From the NCBI GenBank assembly GCA_046339895.1, contig JBKDDT010000014.1, positions 10,567 through 74,566 on the forward strand: a DNA stretch of 64,000 nucleotides. The letters run 5' to 3'. Shown here one piece after another: positions 53,943 through 63,987 of the stretch (within the stretch, counting starts at the first letter, position 1; each line of letters opens with the position of its first letter). The DNA comes from a bacterium (lineage in GTDB: Bacteria; Planctomycetota; Phycisphaerae; Phycisphaerales; UBA1924). Under the pieces are notes generated by a model, which saw nothing but the letters and a program-made list of their open reading frames with translations, had not been told where the DNA came from and searched no databases. The position numbers and the translations under genes were made by a program.

Positions 53943-55135
53943 TAGTTGTCGCCTTTCGGACTATCGCCGGGGGGTTGGGTGGGGGGTGCTGGCACAGGTG
54001 TGGGCGCCCCGGTTGCGGCGGCTTTTTCTGCACCGGTCTGGACAAGCCAGTTGCGCTCTTGCAGTTGGGCCAGTGCCCGTTGGCCCGCGCCGGTCTGGGG
54101 GTACTTTCGGACCAGGCGATTGAGGACCAGGCGGGCGGACTCGAGTTCTTCGCGGCGGATGTACCAGTTGGCGGTCTCGAGCATCTGCTCGGCGTTGCTC
54201 TCGTCGATGCGGCTCAGGAGCGTTGCGTCTAGGCCTAGGAGTTCGGCCTGGGCGGGATAGTCGTTCTGGAAGCGGTCGATCAGGGCCTTGCTGTCCAGGA
54301 GTTTGGTCGAGTCGTAGCGTGGGCCTTTGAACTGCCCGAGGTTGCTGAAGATCTGGCGTTGGCGTGCACGCATGGCGTAGGCGCTGCGGGGGTGGTTCTG
54401 CTGGAAGAGCTCGTAGGCGATAGCCGCGCTCTCCAGGTCGCTGGTGCGGTAGTAGTAATCGGCCAGTTCGATCCCCGCGCGCTCGGCCAGGCGGGAGCCT
54501 GGGAGGCGTTCGTGGACGCGGAGGAGGAGCTCTTCGCCGACCTTCTCGGCGTTGACCCAGCGGATGCCGAGCATCTTGCGGCGTGTGCCGTTGAGGTAGG
54601 TGGTGGCGATGTCCAACTCGCGTGAGACGGCCGTTACATACTCGGGTGAACTCGGGAAGCTCTTGATGAGCATCTCATAGTCAAAGAGTGCTTCATACTC
54701 GTTGCCCCCCGCGGCCGTCGCGTCAGCACGCAGGAGGTAGGCCTGGGGGAGCAGGGCGTTGCTGGTCTGCTCGTTGGACTTGATCCACTTGTCGATCGTC
54801 GAGTACGCGGCATCGGGCTGGTCTTGCGCAAGTTCGCGCTTGGCTTTAGCGAGCACGGCCTCATCGCCCTCCGTCGGGGGTGTACCCGTGGCCGACCATG
54901 AACCAGCGGTGTCCAGGGAATAGGTGGTGCTGGTGCGTCCGGCTGAACTGGCCGGGGGCTGCTCGGGCTGCTTCATCAGTGCCAACGGGTCGGGCAGTGG
55001 ACCATCGCTGCCTGCTTTCCCCGAGCCAGAGCACCCGGCAAGAAGCCCGGCTGCAAGGGCGGCGAGGGCAAAGAAGCCTTGGGCCGCCAGTGCCGAGTCT
55101 TTGCAGATCGCTGATGTCCTGCCTGGTCGTGCCAT
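53942..55135 (-). CDS. TPR-repeat lipoprotein, BamD/YfiO-like
   Basis: ATG 55135 gives a signal peptide with lipobox (LLAGCSG). TPR-like repeats throughout. ORF track start 55237 overlaps the divergent promoter region. Confidence 0.45.
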   Translation of the reverse strand: MARPGRTSAICKDSALAAQGFFALAALAAGLLAGCSGSGKAGSDGPLPDPLALMKQPEQPPASSAGRTSTTYSLDTAGSWSATGTPPTEGDEAVLAKAKRELAQDQPDAAYSTIDKWIKSNEQTSNALLPQAYLLRADATAAGGNEYEALFDYEMLIKSFPSSPEYVTAVSRELDIATTYLNGTRRKMLGIRWVNAEKVGEELLLRVHERLPGSRLAERAGIELADYYYRTSDLESAAIAYELFQQNHPRSAYAMRARQRQIFSNLGQFKGPRYDSTKLLDSKALIDRFQNDYPAQAELLGLDATLLSRIDESNAEQMLETANWYIRREELESARLVLNRLVRKYPQTGAGQRALAQLQERNWLVQTGAEKAAATGAPTPVPAPPTQPPGDSPKGDN

Positions 55136-55224
55136 CGCAGGAGGGTAGCAAAGCCCCGGGCCCCGTGCCTGGCCCGCTCTGGCCCGTGGGTTCTCTGGGC
55201 GTGGCCATCGGCGTATTGTGGGGT

Positions 55225-56178
55225 ATGAGCGGTGCAAGCATGGAAATCCGACTACGGCACGCGGAGATGCACATCCACAAGCCAGCCGAGCCGGCGACGG
55301 CGACGGTGGTCAAAAACGAGGCGTGCACCGCTGGGAAAAAGGCGGCGGGGTTTGTCCGCCACATCGAACTGGACTTGTCGGGGACCGGCCTAGTTGGCAA
55401 GTGCATCCCGGGCCAGAGCCTGGGCATCCTCGCCCCAGGGGTGGATGGGAACGGCAGGCCGCACAAGCCGAGGTTGTATTCGTTGGCCAGCCCGACGCGT
55501 GGCGAGGATGGGCACGGTGCCGTGCATGCGTTGACGGTCAAGCGGCTGATCGACGAGAACCCCGCGGACAACTCGTTGTTTCTCGGAGTGGCGAGCAACT
55601 ATCTGTGCGGGTTGGGTGTGGGGAGCAAGGTGCAGGTGAGCGGGCCGAGCGGGAAGCGGTTTGTGCTGCCCGTCGATGCCGGGGCGCACGACTTTGTCTT
55701 TATCGCCACGGGCACAGGGATCGCCCCCTTCCGGGGGATGCTGATGGATTTGTTTGCGGCTGGATACAAGGGTGAGATCACACTGATCATGGGTTCGCCG
55801 TACGCCACCGACCTGCTCTACCACGGGCAGTTGGCGCAGCTGGCGCAAGAGCACGCGAACTTCCACTACCGCACAGCCATCAGCCGGGAGGCCAACGCCC
55901 CGCACGGGAAGATGTACGTGCAAGACCGCCTGGCCGCGGAGTGGCCCGTGCTTGAGGCGCAGTTTGCCTCTGGGCGAGCGCTGGTGTATATCTGCGGGAT
56001 CGCGGGGATGGAACTGGGGGTGTTTCAGCAGTTGGCGCGTGCGCTAGGGCCGGGGGTGTTGGAGCAGTATCTGGAGCTGGACCCAGAGGCCGCCGGGAAT
56101 ATTGATGGGTGGACGCGTGCGATGATCCACCGGCAGGTCAGGCCCACGCGGCGTGTCTTTCTGGAGGTCTACGCCTAA
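55225..56178 (+). CDS. Ferredoxin--NADP+ reductase (plant-type FNR family)
   Basis: ATG 55225. RLYSLASP FAD-binding motif and ATGTGIAPFRG NADP motif. ORF track start 54880 is antisense overlap. Confidence 0.8.
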   Translation: MSGASMEIRLRHAEMHIHKPAEPATATVVKNEACTAGKKAAGFVRHIELDLSGTGLVGKCIPGQSLGILAPGVDGNGRPHKPRLYSLASPTRGEDGHGAVHALTVKRLIDENPADNSLFLGVASNYLCGLGVGSKVQVSGPSGKRFVLPVDAGAHDFVFIATGTGIAPFRGMLMDLFAAGYKGEITLIMGSPYATDLLYHGQLAQLAQEHANFHYRTAISREANAPHGKMYVQDRLAAEWPVLEAQFASGRALVYICGIAGMELGVFQQLARALGPGVLEQYLELDPEAAGNIDGWTRAMIHRQVRPTRRVFLEVYA

Positions 56179-56212
56179 GGCGTAGCTCGGCGTTGGCCTG
56201 CGACCGCTCACG

Positions 56213-57661
56213 ATGCCCAAACGCGAACGCAAAAACCCGCGCGATGACCGGAGCAAACGGAAGGACCCGTTGATCGGGCCGGGGGGGAAGGTCGATCCGG
56301 GCGCGCTCTTCCGCGCCGCGAAGGCGGCCGGGACGGCCGCCCCACCAAATTCTCGGACGGCCGCCCCACATCATCCTGCTGCGGTCGCCCCACCTATGCC
56401 ACCTGCAGAGTTGGCACAAACGGATGCCGATTTGGGTGATGATGACGTTGTGCCCGTGCAATCTGCGGCTCGGCAGCGAGTCCTCTTCACACTGCAAAAG
56501 GACCTGGACAAGCGCCTGGACAAGTACCTGGTCGACCGGATCACGTTTATGAGCCGGGCAAAGCTCCAGCAGTTGATCGATGACGGCGGCGTACGCGTCA
56601 ACGACCGCCTGGCCAAGGCGAGCACCAACCTTCGCCTAGGGGATGTTGTCGAGGTGATGATCGAGGCGCCCCCGGCTGAGGACGTGCCGCCGGAGGACAT
56701 CCCGCTGGACGTGCTCTTTGAGGATGAGCACATCATCGTGCTCAACAAGTCGGCAGACATCATCGTCCACCCGGCGCGGTCGCACCTGTCAGGGACGCTC
56801 ATCAACGCGTTGGCTTTTCACTTCCGCCACCGCTCGGGGACGGGCGGTGCCCTCTCGGCGGTGGGCAAGGAGTTTGCACGCCCCGGCGTCGTCCACCGCC
56901 TGGACCGGCAGACTTCCGGGGCGATCATCTTTGCCAAGACCGACCAGGCGCACTGGAAACTCGGGCACCAGTTCGAGCATCGGCAGACCGACAAGCGGTA
57001 TGTTGCCTTTGTGCACGGGTATGTCGAGCCTCCCATCGATGCCATCGACGAGCCGATCGGCCCGCACCCCTCGCGCGAGAAGGGGCACCGCGAGAAGCAG
57101 GTCATCCGCCACGACCACCTGGGCAAGGATGCGTTGACGATTTATCGTGTGCTTGGGCGATATTGCTCGGCACCTGCGCGCGGGCTGGGCAAGCACGACC
57201 TGGCCGGGCCTAAGCCTGCGCTGGTCAAGGGGTGGGCGAGCACCCCTCCCCAGGCGGTTGCGTTGCGGGCTGCTATTGCACCGCAGGCCACGCCGTCGGC
57301 GGATCGTCCCGGCCCGCTGCTGTCGGCGGATTCGCCGTGGGTGAGCCTCGTCGAGGTGGAACTCAAGACCGGGCGTACGCACCAGATTCGGGTGCACATG
57401 CAGCACCGCCTGCACCCGTTGCTGGCCGACGACATGTACCAGGGGCGCGTGATCTCTGCCGGCAAGGCTGGGCCGGGGATCGGTCGCGTCGCCCTGCACG
57501 CGGCGATCTTGAAGGTGCGCCACCCGATCACGGATGTGCCGATGGTCTTCCACGCCCCCCTGCCGGCGGACCTGAGCGCACTGCTGGTGCAACTGCGCCG
57601 GGGTGCGCTCTGTGATGAACTCGATCCCCCGCCGGCGGGGACAATGTGGAAACTCCCGTAG
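56213..57661 (+). CDS. rluD: RluA-family 23S rRNA pseudouridine synthase (RluD-like)
   Basis: S4 domain (LDKYLVDRITFMSRAKLQQLIDDGGVRVN). Catalytic HRLDRQTSGAIIFAKT. N-terminal basic extension and an internal ~60-aa insertion. Confidence 0.85.
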   Translation: MPKRERKNPRDDRSKRKDPLIGPGGKVDPGALFRAAKAAGTAAPPNSRTAAPHHPAAVAPPMPPAELAQTDADLGDDDVVPVQSAARQRVLFTLQKDLDKRLDKYLVDRITFMSRAKLQQLIDDGGVRVNDRLAKASTNLRLGDVVEVMIEAPPAEDVPPEDIPLDVLFEDEHIIVLNKSADIIVHPARSHLSGTLINALAFHFRHRSGTGGALSAVGKEFARPGVVHRLDRQTSGAIIFAKTDQAHWKLGHQFEHRQTDKRYVAFVHGYVEPPIDAIDEPIGPHPSREKGHREKQVIRHDHLGKDALTIYRVLGRYCSAPARGLGKHDLAGPKPALVKGWASTPPQAVALRAAIAPQATPSADRPGPLLSADSPWVSLVEVELKTGRTHQIRVHMQHRLHPLLADDMYQGRVISAGKAGPGIGRVALHAAILKVRHPITDVPMVFHAPLPADLSALLVQLRRGALCDELDPPPAGTMWKLP

Positions 57662-57713
57662 CAGTGGGGGGGAGTTGCATGGATCAGCACGGAGTGTCGT
57701 GCGTCCGAAGTGG

Positions 57714-57768
57714 CAAACCCTACCCCTGCCGCTCCCCTGTACATCCCCTTGGGGGAGGGGTTCTGCGC
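57714..57768 (+). repeat. GC-rich palindromic (REP-like) repeat, copy 4
   Basis: caaaccctacccctgccgctcccctgtacatccccttgggggaggggttctgcgc. Confidence 0.7.
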
Positions 57769-57789
57769 AAGAGATAACGGGGAACCGTA

Positions 57790-58359
57790 TTACGACCTGC
57801 CCGCTTCGCTGCCTTGGCGTGTGTTCTGCCAGACTGCGGCGATCAGCGTGATGACGACCAGCACCGCCAGTGTGATCAGCACCCTGCTGGCCGTGGGGTG
57901 GTCGGCGTCAAAGGCGAGGCGGAACTCCTGGGCCTGGACGTTCTGCCCTGCGCCAGCGGCGTCCCAGTACTTCCGCAGGTTTGCGCCCATCCTGGGTTGC
58001 AAGACCAGCAGGTGGTAACTGAGCAGCATCAGGCTCGCGCCCAGGCCGGCGATCCAGACGATCGCCACCCGCCCGGCACGGATCGCTAGGGCACGGCACA
58101 CGCCGAGCATGGCAAGTGTGAGTAGTGCCGTGCCGGCCAGGATCAGCTGGGCGATGTCGGTGATGAGGAAAATCTTGTTGGCCACGCGCCCGCCGACGAG
58201 CCTCCAGTGCTCGCCGGTGTATGTCGAGAGGGCGGGGACCTGGGCCTGCAAGTCTTTGACGGTTGGGAAGATGACCGCCGCGGCACCCCCGGCCATGAGC
58301 AGTGCCCCGGCCCAGAGGCCCAGCACGCACAGGTGGATCGTTGTCAGCACTCGTGTCAT
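57790..58359 (-). CDS. Four-TM membrane protein (DUF4149-like, hypothetical)
   Basis: ATG 58359. Four predicted hydrophobic helices. Downstream of lpxB on the same strand. Confidence 0.5.
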   Translation of the reverse strand: MTRVLTTIHLCVLGLWAGALLMAGGAAAVIFPTVKDLQAQVPALSTYTGEHWRLVGGRVANKIFLITDIAQLILAGTALLTLAMLGVCRALAIRAGRVAIVWIAGLGASLMLLSYHLLVLQPRMGANLRKYWDAAGAGQNVQAQEFRLAFDADHPTASRVLITLAVLVVITLIAAVWQNTRQGSEAGRS

Positions 58360-58402
58360 GGGCGATCGTACCGCGCACAAGCACCCCGCCCGGTGCCGGG
58401 CT

Positions 58403-59590
58403 TCACCGCAGCCCGATGACCTGCTCGATGCTCTCGGCGGCGAGGGGCCCGCACGCCTTGCCGTCGAACTTGCCGATGATCTCGCGCAGGCCTGCTCGCT
58501 GTGCGTCGGCGTAGCCGGGCTGTCGCATCAGGCGGTAGGCGCCGACCGTCAGGGCGTGCCCATCGCCGAAGTGGGGTGCCAGTTCTGGTACCACGGCACG
58601 GTTGGCGATCAGGTTCGGGAGCGTGAAGTACGCCGTCTTGAAGACCCAACGCCCGAAAAGGCCATACGGGACGCGGAGTGCGGGGCTGGCGGGGTAGAAG
58701 GTAACCATCGGCTTGATCTGCCTGGCGACCTGGAGCGTTACGGTGCCGCTGGCGACGAGGGCGAAGTCGCACCACGCGATTGCCGCGTCGGTGTTCCCGG
58801 AGACGACGTAGACGTTCTCTGGCCAGCCCCCGAGTTCGTTGGCAATGCGGTGGAGTTGGTCTTGGACCATCTCGTGCACCACGGGCACCACGCCCATGGC
58901 CTGGGGGAAGTCCTGGCGGAGGCGTTTGTAGGCGTCGATGAGCAGGGGCCAGCAGCGTTCGATCTCGCCTGGGCGTGAGCCGGGCATGAGGGCAACGCTG
59001 GGCGAGCCACGGGGCCAGGCCCCGACCAGCCTGGCGAGGGCCGTGGTATCAACGGGGGCGTTGAAGAGTGGGTGCCCGATGAAGCGTGCAGGCACCTTTC
59101 GGGACAAGAACCAGGACTCCTCGAAGGGAAGGACGCACAGGACCAGGTCGGTCAAGGCACGGAGTTTTTTGATCCGACCTTCCCGCCAGGCCCACAGTTG
59201 CGGGGCGACCATGTGCACGACGCGCCCGCCGCGTGCCTTGACCATCCGGCAGATTGGGAAGTTGGCATCCGGCGAGTCGACGGGCACGTGCGCTGCGATG
59301 CGGGCTGTGTCCAGCCACTCCTCGATCCGCCGGTTGATGCGCACATGCTCGATGATCTTGCGGATGCCAGGCACGCCCATGACGCCTTCGTCGGTCGTTC
59401 GCTCGATGAGTGTGGCACCCGCGCGGGCCATTTTCGGGCCGCCCCAGGCGTAGATGGGCAGGTAGGGGTTGCGGGCGCGGAGTTCTTTGATGACGATCGA
59501 GGCGTGGTCGTCGCCTGAAGGCTCAAAGGCGGTGAAGAGCACGCCCGGGCGCAACGTGGGCGCCAGCGAGTTGGTCGAGCGCAAGGGCAC
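58403..59590 (-). CDS. lpxB: Lipid-A-disaccharide synthase
   Basis: FTAFEPSGDDHASIVIKELR...IYAWGGPKMARAGATLIE N-terminal pattern of LpxB. 395 aa. Confidence 0.9.
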   Translation of the reverse strand: MPLRSTNSLAPTLRPGVLFTAFEPSGDDHASIVIKELRARNPYLPIYAWGGPKMARAGATLIERTTDEGVMGVPGIRKIIEHVRINRRIEEWLDTARIAAHVPVDSPDANFPICRMVKARGGRVVHMVAPQLWAWREGRIKKLRALTDLVLCVLPFEESWFLSRKVPARFIGHPLFNAPVDTTALARLVGAWPRGSPSVALMPGSRPGEIERCWPLLIDAYKRLRQDFPQAMGVVPVVHEMVQDQLHRIANELGGWPENVYVVSGNTDAAIAWCDFALVASGTVTLQVARQIKPMVTFYPASPALRVPYGLFGRWVFKTAYFTLPNLIANRAVVPELAPHFGDGHALTVGAYRLMRQPGYADAQRAGLREIIGKFDGKACGPLAAESIEQVIGLR

Positions 59591-59617
59591 GGGTGGATTG
59601 TTGCACGGCTGCGAGCG

Positions 59618-59839
59618 TCAGGCCGCGTTCTTCTTGGAGTCGCCCGGCTTCTTGGGATCGGCGGGCTTCTTGGCCTCGGGTGGCTTTTTATTTTCGAGGG
59701 GATTCTCGCCGGCGGCGGGGATTTTGATATTGGTGCCGCAGTTTCGGCAGCGGACGGTCTTCCCGCGCGCGGCACTGGGCACCCCAAGCACACGCCGGCA
59801 CGTCAGACTTGGGCACATGATGCGGACGGTCTCATCCAT
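59618..59839 (-). CDS. Small zinc-ribbon protein with K/P-rich tail (hypothetical)
   Basis: ATG 59839 (MDETVRIMCPSLTC...VRCRNCG gives CxxxxC...CxxC), then a lysine/proline-rich tail. 27 nt upstream of lpxB. Confidence 0.45.
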   Translation of the reverse strand: MDETVRIMCPSLTCRRVLGVPSAARGKTVRCRNCGTNIKIPAAGENPLENKKPPEAKKPADPKKPGDSKKNAA

Positions 59840-60044
59840 TTCGGTGGTCCCGAATAGCAAGGCGGAAGCTCAAGGTTTGGTAACCCTACAGATGATGCAT
59901 CGACGCACGGGGGCGCAAACTTGATGCCCACACCGGCCGGGGGCGGCGCAAGGGGCAAAGCGCCCCCTTTCTCGGACCACCGGCAGGCCACGCTCGACCA
60001 GGACCCGTACCATCGCCCAAGCCCCTGCCGGGCCTGAGAAGCAC

Positions 60045-61421
60045 ATGCACACCAAAACCCCCCCAACCCCCTCGCCCAGCACAAACCCTGCCGCCGCGGC
60101 CACACCCCGGGCCGCGTCTGGCGTCGTTGTCGTCGGGTTGCAGTGGGGGGATGAGGGCAAGGGGAAGATCGTCGATCTGCTCGCCGATGGGCACGACGCC
60201 GTGGTCCGGTACAACGGCGGTGCGAATGCCGGGCACTCGGTGGTGATCGCGGGCGAACGGTTTGCCCTGCACCTGATCCCCTCAGGCATCTTGCACGCGG
60301 GCAAGCCGGCGGTAATTGGCAACGGCGTCGTCATCGACCCCGACTGGCTCGCCCGCGAGCTGGACACGCTGCACGCGCGGGGGATCGACACCTCGGGGCT
60401 GGTGATCTCCGACCGTGCCCACATCGTCATGCCCTGGCACAAGGCCGAGGACGAACTCCGCGAACGGTGGCTGAGCCAGGGGTCGCTCGAACCGATCGGC
60501 ACCACCAAGCGGGGGATCGGCCCGTGTTATGCGGACAAGGCGCTGCGAGGCTCGGCGATCCGTATGGGGGACCTTCTGCGCCCGGAGGTTCTAGCCGAGC
60601 GGCTGCCGTCGATCTGCAAACTCAAGAGCGCGATGCTCGGTGCCGTGGCAATCGGCGACAGCGTGAGCACGAGCTTTGACCCTGAGGCGATAGGGGAGTT
60701 GTGCGGGCGTTGGCGGGGGCGGTTTGAGCCGTATATCCGTGATACGAGCGCGATGCTGCTGGGGCTGGTCGATGCGCGCCGGCCGATCCTCTTTGAGGGG
60801 GCCAACGCGACGCTCTTGGATGTTGACCACGGGACGTACCCGTACGTAACGAGCAGTTCGTGTGCGAGTCAGGGTGCCGCGACGGGCGCTGGTGTGCCGA
60901 TGTCGGCCATCACCGGGGTGCTGGGGATTATGAAGGCCTACAGCACACGCGTCGGGGGGGGGCCGCTGCCGACGGAACTGCTGGGCACGCCCGCCGACCG
61001 CGCCATCGGCGACGCCATCCGCCAGCGCGGGCGGGAGTTTGGGACCACCACCGGGCGGCCGAGGCGTGTGGGGTGGCTGGACCTGGTAGCCGTGCGGTAT
61101 TCCGCGAGGCTGAATGGTTGCACGGGCCTAGCCGTGATGCTTTTGGACGTGCTCGGGGGCGAGCCGGTGCTGCGCGTCTGCACCGGCTACAAACTTGGCG
61201 GCAAGCAGATCGACCACCTTCCCCCTGATGCATCGCTGCTGGCCAAGTGCGTGCCGGTGTATACGGAGGTGCCCGGCTTTGGGGATATCACCGCTGCGCG
61301 TGCGCTGGCCGACCTGCCCGCGCCGGCGCGGGCGTATCTCGACCTCATCGAGAAACACGTCGGCGTGCCGGTGCGGCATGTTTCCGTCGGCCCCGACCGC
61401 GCCCAGACCATCACCGTCTGA
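60045..61421 (+). CDS. purA: Adenylosuccinate synthase
   Basis: VVVGLQWGDEGKGKIVD P-loop, GIGPCYADK, TTGRPRRVGWLD motifs. ~25-aa N-terminal extension. Confidence 0.93.
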   Translation: MHTKTPPTPSPSTNPAAAATPRAASGVVVVGLQWGDEGKGKIVDLLADGHDAVVRYNGGANAGHSVVIAGERFALHLIPSGILHAGKPAVIGNGVVIDPDWLARELDTLHARGIDTSGLVISDRAHIVMPWHKAEDELRERWLSQGSLEPIGTTKRGIGPCYADKALRGSAIRMGDLLRPEVLAERLPSICKLKSAMLGAVAIGDSVSTSFDPEAIGELCGRWRGRFEPYIRDTSAMLLGLVDARRPILFEGANATLLDVDHGTYPYVTSSSCASQGAATGAGVPMSAITGVLGIMKAYSTRVGGGPLPTELLGTPADRAIGDAIRQRGREFGTTTGRPRRVGWLDLVAVRYSARLNGCTGLAVMLLDVLGGEPVLRVCTGYKLGGKQIDHLPPDASLLAKCVPVYTEVPGFGDITAARALADLPAPARAYLDLIEKHVGVPVRHVSVGPDRAQTITV

Positions 61422-61444
61422 AGCACCACCATTCGGCACCACCC

Positions 61445-62314
61445 ATGCCCTTCGCACGCCTCGGCAAACTCCTCTGGCCTACCAAGGCCTCCCACGCGGG
61501 ACGGTCGCTTGCCGACGACGCCGACGCCCGCGCCGCCGCGGCGGTGATCAAGGACCGCAACCCCAAGGCGGACCCGCTGGGGCGTATTCCCGACGTGCAC
61601 CCGCGTGCGCTGCCCAGGCACATCGCGATCATCATGGACGGCAACGGGCGCTGGGCGACCCGGCGTGGGCTGCCAAGGGCCCTGGGGCACCGGGCGGGGG
61701 CCAAGGCGGTGCGGGTGATCATCGAAGAGATCGGCAAACTAGGCATCGAGTTTGTTACGCTCTACAGCTTCTCGATGGAGAACTGGAAGCGTCCCGCCGA
61801 CGAGGTGCAAGCGCTGATGAAGCTTTATAACGAGCAGGTCGATCTGCAGCGTGATGAGTTTATGACCAACAACATCCGCTTCCTGCAGATCGGCCGGCGC
61901 GAGGGGCTGCCCGAGGAGTGCCTGCGCCGGCGCGACGATCTGGTCGCCCTGACCAAGAACAACACTGCCGGCACGCTGGTCCTGGCCGTCAACTACGGCA
62001 GCCGGGCCGAGATCACCGATGCCGTGCGCCGCATCGCCACCGGTGTGCAGGCGGGCCAGATCACACCCGAGCAGATCGACGAGGCGATGGTCGCCGAGAA
62101 CCTTGACACGGCGGGGATACCCGACCCGGACCTGCTCATCCGCACAGCCGGGGAGATGCGCCTGAGCAACTATCTGCTCTGGCAACTCAGTTATGCCGAG
62201 CTCTACGTTACCGGCACGCTCTGGCCCGACTTTGGCCCCGATGACCTGCACCAAGCCGTGCGCCAGTATGCCCAGCGCGACCGGCGATTCGGTGGGATCA
62301 AGGAAAGCCGGTAG
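61445..62314 (+). CDS. uppS: Isoprenyl transferase (undecaprenyl-diphosphate synthase)
   Basis: ATG 61445. HIAIIMDGNGRWA and RTAGEMRLSNYLLWQLSYAELY motifs. ORF track start 61247 overlaps purA. Confidence 0.9.
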   Translation: MPFARLGKLLWPTKASHAGRSLADDADARAAAAVIKDRNPKADPLGRIPDVHPRALPRHIAIIMDGNGRWATRRGLPRALGHRAGAKAVRVIIEEIGKLGIEFVTLYSFSMENWKRPADEVQALMKLYNEQVDLQRDEFMTNNIRFLQIGRREGLPEECLRRRDDLVALTKNNTAGTLVLAVNYGSRAEITDAVRRIATGVQAGQITPEQIDEAMVAENLDTAGIPDPDLLIRTAGEMRLSNYLLWQLSYAELYVTGTLWPDFGPDDLHQAVRQYAQRDRRFGGIKESR

Positions 62315-62350
62315 TCTGCCCCATCACGCTGGCACGCCCCCCAAGTGCGG

Positions 62351-63424
62351 CTAGGGCGATCCCGCGGGCGGCGCGGGTGGTTGGGGCGCAGGATCGGCCG
62401 GGGGCTCTGCGGGTGGTGCCGCAGGGGTTTCAACCGGCACCTCCGCGGGTGCAGGCACCGGCTTCTCCAGGCGTTTGCCCAGTTTGGTGATCGAATCGAC
62501 GCGCACGCGACCGGCCGTGTCGATGCCCCAGGCACGTGGGTCATCCGGCTCGCGGGCGGAGAGAGTCAACTCCAGGACCGTCTCCCTGGCGCTGATCGTG
62601 GCGGTCAGGCTTATGGGCCTGAGCGTTTTGCTATCGACCAGCAGTTTCGCCGGCCCGTGCCGGCCTTGCCCTGTCAGCGTGATCGCGTCGCCGGGTGTGT
62701 TGATGCGTGTCGTCGCGGAGGTCCAGGTGATATCCGGCGTGTAGGGTGTCAACACCGGCAGCGCCCCGCCGGGCGCAAACTCCGCCAGCGCCAGCGGGAG
62801 CGCGGGCACCGGGCCGATCACGCGTGCGAGTGCCACCAGCAAGGGCTCAACTGTTTCCGTCGGTGCTGGTTCACCGTCGGGCGTGGTTGGTGGAGTAAGT
62901 GTGGTTTGGAAGTAGCATGTGGGGTTGGAGGTCATGGCCGCGGTCAACTCCCGGCCATGGATGTAGAGGCGGAGCTGCCCGAGTTCAACCGCGGCGATCA
63001 GCACCGGCGCAGGAACCTCGGCTGGGTCTGTTGGCTGAGCGGGTGGCTCGACGCCAGGCTCGTTGATGCCGGGTGCTTCGGGCTCGGTGGGCCCCGGCGT
63101 GGGGGTGGGTGCTGGAGTGGGTGCTGGCGTGTGTGCCCGGGTGTGTGCTGGTGGGGGGTTTTCGAGGGCGATCTTGACGACGATCGTCCCCTGCTGAGCA
63201 GTGCGCCCAGGCTCACGCAAGGCGACCGTGATCCGGTCGGCCGTCGGCTCGCCCCGGTATGCCTCAGCCATGTCGCGGAAGACCGCCTCGACGGGCAGCG
63301 ATACCGGCTCGACGGCAGGCTTGGCCGGCTGGGCGGGCCGCGCGGCGGGGCGCGCTGCCGCAGCAGCAATCCCCAGGGTCATCGCAAGCAGCAGGGCCTT
63401 TAGCATCTTCATGGCATTGCTCAC
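62351..63424 (-). CDS. Secreted proline-rich protein (hypothetical)
   Basis: Signal peptide MKMLKALLLAMTLGIAAAAA. Two beta-rich segments separated by a P/T/A-rich linker, then a P/A-rich tail. The start overlaps the folK stop. Confidence 0.55.
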   Translation of the reverse strand: MSNAMKMLKALLLAMTLGIAAAAARPAARPAQPAKPAVEPVSLPVEAVFRDMAEAYRGEPTADRITVALREPGRTAQQGTIVVKIALENPPPAHTRAHTPAPTPAPTPTPGPTEPEAPGINEPGVEPPAQPTDPAEVPAPVLIAAVELGQLRLYIHGRELTAAMTSNPTCYFQTTLTPPTTPDGEPAPTETVEPLLVALARVIGPVPALPLALAEFAPGGALPVLTPYTPDITWTSATTRINTPGDAITLTGQGRHGPAKLLVDSKTLRPISLTATISARETVLELTLSAREPDDPRAWGIDTAGRVRVDSITKLGKRLEKPVPAPAEVPVETPAAPPAEPPADPAPQPPAPPAGSP

Positions 63425-63987
63425 GGGCTGGATCGTACTTCCCCCGACCGCCCGGGGATCGGGGGCACAAAGACCCGCACGCTCCCCGGCAGGGCCGCCG
63501 CCCGCGCCAGTGCTCGCAGTTCCCGCACGCTCCGCCCCCAGACGGGAACAGAGTGCTCGGGGATCAACTCGCCCAGGGGCTCCAGGACGAACAGACGCTC
63601 ACCGAGCCGGGGGTGGGGGAGCGTCAAGCCCGGCGTGCGGACAACCTGCTCGCCCACCAGCAGCAGATCAAGGTCGATCGTCCTGGGGTGCCCGTGCGCC
63701 TGCCCGGCGCGGTCGCGACCGAGCGATCGCTCGATGTCCATTAGCGCCCCGAGCATCGCATCAGGCCCAATCCCATCCGCCGCCACGCCCACGGCCACCG
63801 CGTTGAGGTACGCACCGCCCAGCACGGGCGCACCCGGCATCACCGCGACCGGCTCGGTCTCGTAGACACCGCTCACCCGTAAGCCGCTCACAACCCCTAT
63901 TCCCTGCAAGGCCAGGCACGCACGCGCAATGTGCCCGGCACGGTCCCCGAGGTTTGACCCCAGCGCGATGGCAACAACTTCAAGCAC
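63421..63987 (-). CDS. folK: 2-amino-4-hydroxy-6-hydroxymethyldihydropteridine diphosphokinase
   Basis: GTG start. VAIALGSNLGDR, YETEPV, PRTIDLDLLL and LTLPHPRLGERLFVLEPL motifs. Confidence 0.85.
   Translation of the reverse strand: MLEVVAIALGSNLGDRAGHIARACLALQGIGVVSGLRVSGVYETEPVAVMPGAPVLGGAYLNAVAVGVAADGIGPDAMLGALMDIERSLGRDRAGQAHGHPRTIDLDLLLVGEQVVRTPGLTLPHPRLGERLFVLEPLGELIPEHSVPVWGRSVRELRALARAAALPGSVRVFVPPIPGRSGEVRSSP

Noticed and set aside
54880-55224. 115-codon N-terminal extension of the FNR ORF overlapping the BamD-like gene start region.
   Set aside because: FNR homology begins after ATG 55225. The extension is antisense to the lipoprotein gene and its promoter region.
59840-60044. Purine or ZTP riboswitch in the purA leader.
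   Set aside because: I could not find the conserved aptamer cores (e.g. the CCGCCUGGGC-type 3' element of ZTP, or the purine three-way-junction loops). Only a generic hairpin plus T-tract is present.
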